A stretch of 64,000 nucleotides of DNA, taken from positions 1 to 64,000 of IMG/VR virus record IMGVR_UViG_3300042484_001840; one strand, 5' to 3'. Positions 47,691-56,121 of the stretch are shown here, in pieces (the first letter of the stretch is position 1; each line of letters opens with the position of its first letter). Made by a program: the position numbers and the translations under genes. Source of the DNA: a virus. The notes beneath the pieces were generated by a model, which did no database searches, was not told where the DNA came from, and worked only from the letters and a program-made list of their open reading frames with translations.

Positions 47691-50600
47691 CTACCGATTG
47701 CGAAACTTGTCGTCCGCTTGTAAAAGTCATGAACCCCCAAATGTCTACGGACCGTAGGCGGTTTATGATTGAGAGCAAGGCTGCCGAATATCGCAAACAC
47801 ATGGGTCAGCCAAGCGGTTTATTGCAAAAGGGTGCTCGGGCAATATTTGACCCTAAACTTGGTCCGTCTGGTGGATATCGCTGTCCTGAGGGGAGTCAGT
47901 TTGGTGGTTACATTACCGACCGCTTTGGCAGAGGCTGTGGTGGGGGTATTATTCGCCGTGTCGGGCGAGCCTTTGGAAAACTAGGTCGTGGATTAGATAA
48001 CATTGCAGACAGGCGTGACCGTAGTCGTTTGGGTCGTGCCGTCAATCGCCGTAGTAAGCCTAATCGCGTTGCTCGTGCCGCTGGTGCGCTAGAGCGTGGA
48101 GCACAAAGACTTGTTGGCGAATACAAGCCCGGTGACTACAAACCAGGTGACGGTGGTCGTCGTAATAGGCGCAACCTACCTGGTGGACCCTCTTTGCGTC
48201 GTTCTGCTGTTCCACGCAAACCTAAGCGTGAACGCAAACTGCCCAAAGACGGGGACAAGAAGCCTCGCACCCAAGGGGCAACTCCCAAAAAGCGCCCCAT
48301 TATTGAGCGCGCTGCTGAAGGGCTAGAACGCGCTGCTCAGCGTGTTTTGGATGAAGATCGCAAGAAAAGAACACAAGGCGCTAAGCCTGCCAAGCCGAAG
48401 AAGCCTGTTGCTCCCAAGGTTCCTTCACTGAAGCCAAATGTTTCAGAAGATAAAAAACGAAACATCACCGACATTAATGATATTGACTGGGATAATTTAA
48501 CTCCCGAACAGCGTGACGAAATTCAAGGGATTCGTTGGGATGCCATTAGTGACCTTGAAGACAAAATGTCTAAGTATATTGGCGTTCCAAAAGAGCGCAT
48601 GGACCCTGTTCTATTTTTAGACAGAAATGAACGAAACAGAAATAATAAAAAATACCAAGCAGATGTGCTTAAGTGGAGACAATTACACAACAACTTTCAA
48701 GATATGCCAGCAGAAGCAATTAAAGAAATTGACTGGACCGATGGAGAACGCAAGAAGATTCTTGATGTTGTTAATGGGGATGTAAAGCCCGATCTTGCAA
48801 AAGACGGTGGAGAATTTGACTGGGATAATTTAACTCCAGAACAGCGTGGCAAAATCAAGGACATTGCAAACAATGCGCTAGAAGACGACAAAAAAGCACT
48901 TCTGAAACATTTTGGTGCTGCGAGTTGGAATAATGACAGAGTTAATCGTGCTATAGATTTAGCAGACAAAGGATTCATAAAGAAGGATAAAGCCAACGAA
49001 ATAGAAAAAATTGCATTGAGATGGAATCTGTTGCAAACCCAGTGGAATGACGAACCTAATCTTGCTATTAACGACATTAATTGGACAGACGACCAGCGTC
49101 AACAAATCCGTGATGCAATTGGCATAGAGGCTCCTAAGAAGCCCAAGACCCGTGGTGCTGACTTCTGGGAACGACGCAAGAATAACAAGCCGATCAAGCC
49201 TGAAGAATTAGATGTTGAGGATGCTCCAGAGATTTTCTCAAGCAAGCCAGACGGCACATCTGAAAGTAATCGTCTTGTCAAGGCTTGGGAACAAGCATAT
49301 GGAGACGAAATAGATAAATACTTTGCTGAGAAAAATGTAGATCGCCTTGAAAAATTAAAAAATTCAATAGATTTTATTCTCAATAAAAAAGAAATGAATC
49401 TATCTCCTGCTATGCGTCGGATGCTTCAAGAAAAAATTAATGACATAGACAAGAAGGTTGCTGCTCTCCGTGTGCGAAAAGCACGAGGTGCACGCACTGC
49501 CACACCAAAGCCAAAACTTCCCAGTCTTGTAGGTAAGCCAGTAAGCCGTCAATCAAAAATTACTCGTATTAAAGATAATGTCATTGATGCTTTGCGCATT
49601 AAAAACAGGCGTGAGAATGCTATGGGCGACTTTGCTCCAGACGCAATTGGTGATGGCGTACTTGCTTTCCCTGAAAACATTGTTAACGATGACATTAAAA
49701 ATGTGGCAGATGCAGTCAAGTGGCTTGATGACGGAAAATCATTATACGAAATTCCACAACATTATTGGCTAGAGGCAGTGACTGAGCATGTAGATAATGC
49801 AAGAAATCCACAATACAATAAAATTCCAATTAATAACCCTGGTGTTATTAAAAAGATTTTCATGTTTGAAAAATTAGACAAAGATGGAAAAGGCACTGGA
49901 ACTGGTGTCGTTTTTGCTCGTGCTCCAGGTAATGCAAGAGACGGCATGGGCGAGGTTATGGGTCAACAAGTCCTTAATGCTCTTGGTATGAATGTTGCTC
50001 CTGCGCGATTTGACGGAATTGTAAGAGACCCCGGCGGTGAAACTCCTGTTGCCGTAATGCCATTTGCTTGGAATAGGGCAGCACAAGGAGACATGCAACG
50101 ACCAGTAGCGATGAATTTTGACCGAAAGTTGTTTGATCAATTTGAAGATAAAGGATTCCCTGTACGACTAGGAAATTTATTAGGCAACTATTTCATGGGT
50201 GTTGGGGATAGGCACACAAATAACGCAATGATGGCAATTGTTGATGGTCAGCCTCATATTGTTCCTATTGACTTGGGCTGGAATGGTAACAGAAAAGATT
50301 TTTACCTTTATGCAAAGGGTGGATTTCAAGGTTTCTCAATGGACCCTGACTTATATGACAATATTGCAAATCACTTAGCCACACTTGATCCCGCAGAAGC
50401 AAAAAAACAACGCGATAAACTTGTTGAAGTTTTTGATGGAATGGTCTTGCGTGGTGATGCAATTGTTGCCCAAGGTAAAGATAAATTCATTAAAGATGCT
50501 GTAGCAATGATGCATCTTGGTGCTGATCCAGTTAAGAACGAGTCTTTTGTAGTAGAAATTGACAGAAAAGAACTTGAATCTACGATGGAGAAAAAAGCAT

Positions 50601-51937
50601 CGGATATATTTGATGCTTTAGAAGCAAATGTTGCGCAGGCGAAAAATGAAAGAGCGCGTTTATTTGATGCATGGGGAATGGAAGATGTTCCTTCATTGGG
50701 AGTACTTGAAGTAGTCCGCCCCACTAAGCCAAAGACACCAAAGGTATCTACACCCAAGGTATCCACACCTAAGGCACCTACCTCAAATGCATCCAAACCA
50801 AAAAGTGCTCTAGAAAGAATTATTGCACCACTTCGTATCAGTAATCCACAGAAAAGAAACCCACGAGTACCAATCTTGGCGGAAGTAAAATCTGGTGAAT
50901 TAATTGCTCGTCCAAAAATGATAGAAAATCCAAAAATTAAAAACCGCCAAAATGCCAAAGACTGGCTTGACAATGGTGGGCTAATTGAGGAAGTTCCGCA
51001 AAGATTTTGGGCACAAGCACTTTCTGACCATGTAAATGGTAACGCGGCAGTGAAACAGTATAAAGAAATTGACCCATCTGATGAAGTAGGTCAAGGTGCA
51101 GTTAAGACTACAAGAATTTACTTGGCACTTGATGAAAATGGTAAACCAACTGCCCAAGGGTTCCTCATTCAACGCGAAGGTGGAGTAGATAAACTCGGTG
51201 GGGCATTAGACAGAAATAATGTGGCAGAGTTGGTTGTAGCAAACATGCTCAATGCCTTTGGACTTAACTACGAACCAGCAAGACTAGATGGTCAACTTGA
51301 CGAAGATGGAAAAGAAGATTTAAATAAAGTTCCTGCTGTTGTTATTCCATTTGCATGGAATGGCGGACCAAACTATGTGAATGTTCAAAAGCCAAGTGGG
51401 TGGAATGCCGCCAACTTTGACAGGGATATTTTTGATGGTCTTGCTGATAAGGCATACCCACAGCGACTAGCAGCCTTTTTGGGAAATCTTGCTTTTGCCA
51501 TTCCTGATAGGCATGACCAAAATCAAATGGGTCAAATTATTGATGGTGTTCCTATGGTCGTTCCAATTGACTTTGGTTGGGCAGGCAAATACGGTCCAAT
51601 GGATTTCTATGATTATTTAGATGGCGAATTTGAAGAACTTGAACCTGACTTTTTTATGGACATGCAAAATCATTTGAATGGTTTAGACAAACAAACAAAA
51701 ATTGAACAAACACAAGCAATCAAACAAGTTTGGGACAATATTGAATCAAAACTAGAAGAAACATTTAATCGCGGGAAAGATCAATTTATTAACGATTTCC
51801 TTGATTTCTTAACACCAGAACAACGAGCAAACACAAGAGTGGTTGATCAGGCAACATATAAACTTAAGCAAATGTATGAACTTTTAGAAACACAATACAA
51901 TGAAATTCAAATTAATCGTCCTGAATTTCTTAAGTAA
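47687..51937 (+). CDS. 1416-aa polyvalent protein with RCP motif and two tandem HipA/PI3K-like kinase domains
   Basis: GDRHTNN..VPIDLGW (~50207) and PDRHDQN..VPIDFGW (~51506). Confidence 0.8.
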   Translation: MTTDCETCRPLVKVMNPQMSTDRRRFMIESKAAEYRKHMGQPSGLLQKGARAIFDPKLGPSGGYRCPEGSQFGGYITDRFGRGCGGGIIRRVGRAFGKLGRGLDNIADRRDRSRLGRAVNRRSKPNRVARAAGALERGAQRLVGEYKPGDYKPGDGGRRNRRNLPGGPSLRRSAVPRKPKRERKLPKDGDKKPRTQGATPKKRPIIERAAEGLERAAQRVLDEDRKKRTQGAKPAKPKKPVAPKVPSLKPNVSEDKKRNITDINDIDWDNLTPEQRDEIQGIRWDAISDLEDKMSKYIGVPKERMDPVLFLDRNERNRNNKKYQADVLKWRQLHNNFQDMPAEAIKEIDWTDGERKKILDVVNGDVKPDLAKDGGEFDWDNLTPEQRGKIKDIANNALEDDKKALLKHFGAASWNNDRVNRAIDLADKGFIKKDKANEIEKIALRWNLLQTQWNDEPNLAINDINWTDDQRQQIRDAIGIEAPKKPKTRGADFWERRKNNKPIKPEELDVEDAPEIFSSKPDGTSESNRLVKAWEQAYGDEIDKYFAEKNVDRLEKLKNSIDFILNKKEMNLSPAMRRMLQEKINDIDKKVAALRVRKARGARTATPKPKLPSLVGKPVSRQSKITRIKDNVIDALRIKNRRENAMGDFAPDAIGDGVLAFPENIVNDDIKNVADAVKWLDDGKSLYEIPQHYWLEAVTEHVDNARNPQYNKIPINNPGVIKKIFMFEKLDKDGKGTGTGVVFARAPGNARDGMGEVMGQQVLNALGMNVAPARFDGIVRDPGGETPVAVMPFAWNRAAQGDMQRPVAMNFDRKLFDQFEDKGFPVRLGNLLGNYFMGVGDRHTNNAMMAIVDGQPHIVPIDLGWNGNRKDFYLYAKGGFQGFSMDPDLYDNIANHLATLDPAEAKKQRDKLVEVFDGMVLRGDAIVAQGKDKFIKDAVAMMHLGADPVKNESFVVEIDRKELESTMEKKASDIFDALEANVAQAKNERARLFDAWGMEDVPSLGVLEVVRPTKPKTPKVSTPKVSTPKAPTSNASKPKSALERIIAPLRISNPQKRNPRVPILAEVKSGELIARPKMIENPKIKNRQNAKDWLDNGGLIEEVPQRFWAQALSDHVNGNAAVKQYKEIDPSDEVGQGAVKTTRIYLALDENGKPTAQGFLIQREGGVDKLGGALDRNNVAELVVANMLNAFGLNYEPARLDGQLDEDGKEDLNKVPAVVIPFAWNGGPNYVNVQKPSGWNAANFDRDIFDGLADKAYPQRLAAFLGNLAFAIPDRHDQNQMGQIIDGVPMVVPIDFGWAGKYGPMDFYDYLDGEFEELEPDFFMDMQNHLNGLDKQTKIEQTQAIKQVWDNIESKLEETFNRGKDQFINDFLDFLTPEQRANTRVVDQATYKLKQMYELLETQYNEIQINRPEFLK

Positions 51938-51954
51938 GGTAACAAGGAACTGAC

Positions 51955-52380
51955 ATGGCTCAATATTTAATAGTTTACTCAGCAATTAATCCTGACTATA
52001 AACGAGGCGCTCCGTCTGGTTCTATTAAGTTTGACGGAGTTTCTGCAACAATTGTTGGACCTGATAGATTTGTAAAAGATTGGTCAAAGAAATTATCTAT
52101 TTCCTCGGTCTTGGCTTCAAGCATTAATGACAACAAAGTGGATATTTCAAGTTTTGTTTCAACAAACACCTATGTTGACATGATCTTTTTTGATGACGAT
52201 AGCGCATCTAAGAGTGATGATGGAAAATTAAAAAAGTTATACGATTCCATTTCTGGAAGTAAAAGAAAAATCACCCTTGAACGACTTCCAACTTTTGATG
52301 ATCCAGACTTTACAATTGAAAAACGAAATGCTTTTTTCAAAAAGGCACGCAAAATCAAAGAACAAAGTAGAAAAAAATAA
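51955..52380 (+). CDS. putative kinase partner/immunity protein 1
   Basis: 141 aa with an AAGGA RBS; paralog of the next gene. Confidence 0.7.
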   Translation: MAQYLIVYSAINPDYKRGAPSGSIKFDGVSATIVGPDRFVKDWSKKLSISSVLASSINDNKVDISSFVSTNTYVDMIFFDDDSASKSDDGKLKKLYDSISGSKRKITLERLPTFDDPDFTIEKRNAFFKKARKIKEQSRKK

Positions 52381-52709
52381 TGGCTGAATATCTTATTTAT
52401 CATGGCGATTTTGGCTCCAGTATTGACGACCCCGGTCTGATGTCAATTAAGGCTGATGGGGTCAAATTAACTATTCGGACCTCTCGTGACATGATGGAAG
52501 AGTGGAAAGATCGCATTGAAAATTCTATGGTTTTGCAGGGTTCAATAAAAGATGGACAAGTAGACCTTGAAAGATATATTTTTGCTAATAAGTATTCCAC
52601 ATGGACATTCTTTACTCAAGAAGAATTTGATGACTATAAAAAAGTGTACAATTCTGTAAAGGGTTCATCAGTAGTTGTGACTATTAAGCCAGAGAAAAAG
52701 AGCAACTAA
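52380..52709 (+). CDS. putative kinase partner/immunity protein 2
   Basis: 109 aa. MAxYLI, SIKxDGV, W, VL..SI.D..VD and N.Y...FF are shared with the previous gene. Confidence 0.7.
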   Translation: MAEYLIYHGDFGSSIDDPGLMSIKADGVKLTIRTSRDMMEEWKDRIENSMVLQGSIKDGQVDLERYIFANKYSTWTFFTQEEFDDYKKVYNSVKGSSVVVTIKPEKKSN

Positions 52710-52710
52710 A

Positions 52711-55700
52711 ATGGCAAAGATGCGCGCGTCATCCAAAGAAGATGCAATGAAGATTGCACGCTATGTTGGCTGTTCTGGCGCACACCAAGATAAGAAGGGG
52801 AATTGGATACCTTGTGCCAATCCCGAAGATCTGGTGGAGATCCTAGATAAATCTGCAAGAAACTCTACTGAAAAGTTAACCAAGAAAAAGCGTCGTCGGT
52901 TTGTTAATGGTCAATGGGAAAGACTCGGAGAACGAGGTCCTATCAGTATTGACACAATTGACGGCGGTGGACTTGTGTCTGGTATGGGCAAGTCATTAAC
53001 TGAATGGTTCAAAGAGGAATGGGTTGATATTTCAAGACCCAAAAAGGGTGGCGGGTTTGAGGCGTGCGGACGAGATGACGCAGACAAGGGCAAATACCCT
53101 AAATGCGTACCAGCGTCACGAGCAAGCAATATGTCAGAGGAAGAAATTCGTTCTGCGGTTTCACGAAAAAGAAGAGCAGAATCTACACAAAGTAGAGATG
53201 GCAAAAAACCGATTTATGTTCCTACTGATAAAAAGAACGACCCATTTGTTTTGAACGAAAAATCAGCAATACCCACAAATCCAGAACTTTATGCACGGGT
53301 TAAGGCTGAAGCAAAAAAGAAGTTTGATGTTTATCCTTCTGCTTACGCAAACGCTTGGTTAGTAAGGGAATACAAAAAACGGGGTGGCGGATATCGTTCT
53401 GAAAAAGCAGACGATGGCGATTATGAAGACTTTGTTGAAGACCTCACAGAAATGCAACTATCCGATTTTATTGATTGGGTAGATCAAAAAGAAAAAGCAG
53501 AAAAGGTCTGCCCGCCAGCAACATCAGATATTGGCTTAAATATCAAGAATCGTCAGAATGCTATCAACACGGCTGGTTATGGTCCCCTAAACCCTAAAGA
53601 ACCCAATGTGGACTTTTGGGAAAAGAAGGCAAAACGCTGGTCTGTAACGATTGAAGAATCCAAGAAACAAAAGTGCGGAAACTGTGCTGTCTTTATTAAG
53701 ACTCCTCGGATTCTTGAATGCATTGAGTCGGGTCTTGGTAATGAGGCTGGAGACACTGCTTGGGATGCAATCAATGCTGGTGACCTTGGATACTGCGAGG
53801 CATTTGACTTCAAGTGTGCTTCTGCCCGTACCTGTGATGCATGGGTCGGTGGAGGTCCAGTAACTGTTGAAAAGGGTAAGCAAGAGGAAAAGGCTGATAC
53901 TTCCACGATTATTATTGGTCGTGCTAAGCCTCGCATTGGTGACCCCGATGTCTACACCGACCCCAACTCTGCTCGTCTGCGTTCTCGTAAACTTGGTTGC
54001 ATTGGTATCGCTCGTAGAGAAACGCCAGATGGAGAAGTTGTCTGGACACCCTGCACAAATATCTCAGATCAACGCAGATACCAAGGCGAAACACCCTTAG
54101 GTCAGCGAGATGAGGCTCGGCGTTTTGCTGACAGACTTGCTGAAGTTGGCGGTCCTGATCGTAAGCGCCGACGCATGCGTAAGTACAAGAGCCTTGAATA
54201 CACGACAGATATAAAGGCTTTTCGGACTTTGGGTTCAAGTATGGGCGGTCGCGGGATCAGTGGTAGTTGTCGTGAATTTACTGGAGTTGATGGCGATGGT
54301 GATGGATTCGTATGTAATCCCGCCTCTCGCGAGGACGACCTACCCCTTGCGGACACCCGAAAAATTTTTAAGCGTGGCGGTAAAATGCTGTCAAGACAAG
54401 AATTGGTAGAGCAAGATGAAACAATTCTTAATATGTTTGGCAAAGGTGAATCTTTATCAAAAATCGGTAAAGAAGTAGATCTTGACCCAAAAGAAGTTGA
54501 TTTTTTAATCAATGGTTTCCGCAAAAATAATCCAAAATCTGCATTCACATTATTCAATAATCGCAATATCAATATTCAAAAAAAGCGTGAAGAGCGCAGG
54601 AAATTAGTACTTGAGAATGTTAGAAAAGCCACAGATGCCAACCGCAAGTTAAATGCAAGAGGCGAAGACCCTACGCCAGAATCTGATGATGATCTTGATT
54701 TTACCCTTGATCCAGATAAGGTTCCTCAATATCTTAAAAAGAATTTTGCTAAATATATGCAACGCTTAAAAGACCCTGAATTTGCTGATGAAATAAAAAA
54801 AATTGCTGATGATTTGCGTGCTGGTCTTGGTTTGGCTGGAACGGCAAAAAAATACAAACGAGACTCAGCATTTATAGAAATTGTTCGTAGAAATGAAAAA
54901 ATTACAAAAACAAAAAAACTACAAAAAAACATTAGAGAATCAGAAGTTCCTGATTTTAATAATGATACTGATGACCCCGATTTTACTCTTGACCCAGAAA
55001 AAATTCCTCAATTTTTAAAAAGGGGTTTTGCTGGTAATGTTAGGCTAGCAAGAAGTCCTGAGTTTGCGGAAGAAAGAAAGAAAATTGCTGATGACTTGCT
55101 CCTTGGTCTTGGAATTAATGCCGTAAGATTAAAATATAATCGCGATACTTCATTGGTAGATGTAGTTCGCAGGCTTGAAAAAATTCCAAAATCAAAAGAA
55201 CTCAAAAAAGTTGATCCTAAAATTAGACAGGATGTTGTTGACCTTGTAGATAAATTGATTAAAGATGATAATCCATTCATGTCGGTTGCCGAAATCGCAA
55301 AAGAATTTAAAATTACTGGAATGGATGCGCGTCGGATTATTAATGCTGCAAAATTGGAAAAATATTTTGATTTGCACAATAAATATACAGACGCAAAAAG
55401 AAAAAAACTTTTTGCTGAAGTTGCTGAACTTCATAAACTTGATCTTACATATGAAGAAATAGGCAAACGCTTAGGAATTAGTGGTGATGCAGTAAATCAT
55501 ATTGTAAAAAAAATGAAACTACCCCTAAGACGACCTGGCGGGGGAGGTGGTCTTCCTGGAGTAATAAAAAGAGGTGGCGTAATGATTCCTCGTTCATTGG
55601 CAATGAAACAAAACAAGGAAATGCTTGACTTGTATCAGCGTGGCTATTCTCTTACAGATATTGCTAAAGAAATGGGAATCGGTGTTGCTACCGTTAGGGA

Positions 55701-55959
55701 AATTATTAAAAAATTTGCAGACAATGACAAAGTTCGTATTCGTGGAAATAATGTTACTGAAAAAGAAAATCAAATAAGAAAACTTTTGAAAGAAGGTTTG
55801 CACCCTCGTGAAATTATGCGAGACATTATAGGTAATGTTACATATAGTAGAATTTTAGAAATTGCAAAAGAAGAAGATATTAAAATTCCTCCTATGCGTA
55901 AATTTAAATCCGACAATCAAAACTTCAATTCATTTGAGAACAATGATTATTTTTACTAA
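52711..55959 (+). CDS. mosaic polyprotein: DUF3721-like x2, DUF5872-like, HiPIP-like Cys domain, DGDGDG, multi-HTH tail
   Basis: GCSGAH..WIPC; LTEWFKEEWVD; YPSAYANAWLVREYKKRGG; CGNC..GYC..C....CDAW; about seven HTH-like motifs. Confidence 0.7.
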   Translation: MAKMRASSKEDAMKIARYVGCSGAHQDKKGNWIPCANPEDLVEILDKSARNSTEKLTKKKRRRFVNGQWERLGERGPISIDTIDGGGLVSGMGKSLTEWFKEEWVDISRPKKGGGFEACGRDDADKGKYPKCVPASRASNMSEEEIRSAVSRKRRAESTQSRDGKKPIYVPTDKKNDPFVLNEKSAIPTNPELYARVKAEAKKKFDVYPSAYANAWLVREYKKRGGGYRSEKADDGDYEDFVEDLTEMQLSDFIDWVDQKEKAEKVCPPATSDIGLNIKNRQNAINTAGYGPLNPKEPNVDFWEKKAKRWSVTIEESKKQKCGNCAVFIKTPRILECIESGLGNEAGDTAWDAINAGDLGYCEAFDFKCASARTCDAWVGGGPVTVEKGKQEEKADTSTIIIGRAKPRIGDPDVYTDPNSARLRSRKLGCIGIARRETPDGEVVWTPCTNISDQRRYQGETPLGQRDEARRFADRLAEVGGPDRKRRRMRKYKSLEYTTDIKAFRTLGSSMGGRGISGSCREFTGVDGDGDGFVCNPASREDDLPLADTRKIFKRGGKMLSRQELVEQDETILNMFGKGESLSKIGKEVDLDPKEVDFLINGFRKNNPKSAFTLFNNRNINIQKKREERRKLVLENVRKATDANRKLNARGEDPTPESDDDLDFTLDPDKVPQYLKKNFAKYMQRLKDPEFADEIKKIADDLRAGLGLAGTAKKYKRDSAFIEIVRRNEKITKTKKLQKNIRESEVPDFNNDTDDPDFTLDPEKIPQFLKRGFAGNVRLARSPEFAEERKKIADDLLLGLGINAVRLKYNRDTSLVDVVRRLEKIPKSKELKKVDPKIRQDVVDLVDKLIKDDNPFMSVAEIAKEFKITGMDARRIINAAKLEKYFDLHNKYTDAKRKKLFAEVAELHKLDLTYEEIGKRLGISGDAVNHIVKKMKLPLRRPGGGGGLPGVIKRGGVMIPRSLAMKQNKEMLDLYQRGYSLTDIAKEMGIGVATVREIIKKFADNDKVRIRGNNVTEKENQIRKLLKEGLHPREIMRDIIGNVTYSRILEIAKEEDIKIPPMRKFKSDNQNFNSFENNDYFY

Positions 55960-56004
55960 TATTTAACAATTTTTGTAATATAACTGTCAAAAAGTGCGGT
56001 GTTA

Positions 56005-56034
56005 CACTAGAAGCACTTACATATCTGTTATTGT
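56005..56034 (+). promoter_or_regulatory. CACTAG-N18-TATTGT candidate promoter for the major capsid gene
   Basis: Intergenic, same spacing as the other copies. Confidence 0.55.
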
Positions 56035-56121
56035 AAATTGAGACGCGGTAACTGGGTGCTTACCTGAGCATTACTGGTCAGAACAACCAAACCAAATCAA
56101 CATTCTCAAGGAGAGAAAATT

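Noticed and set aside
41216-55959. ADP-ribosyltransferase or virion RNA polymerase among the large proteins
   Set aside because: No R-S-E ART motif set or NADFDGD motif recognised. DGDGDG sits in a short peptide, not a polymerase barrel.
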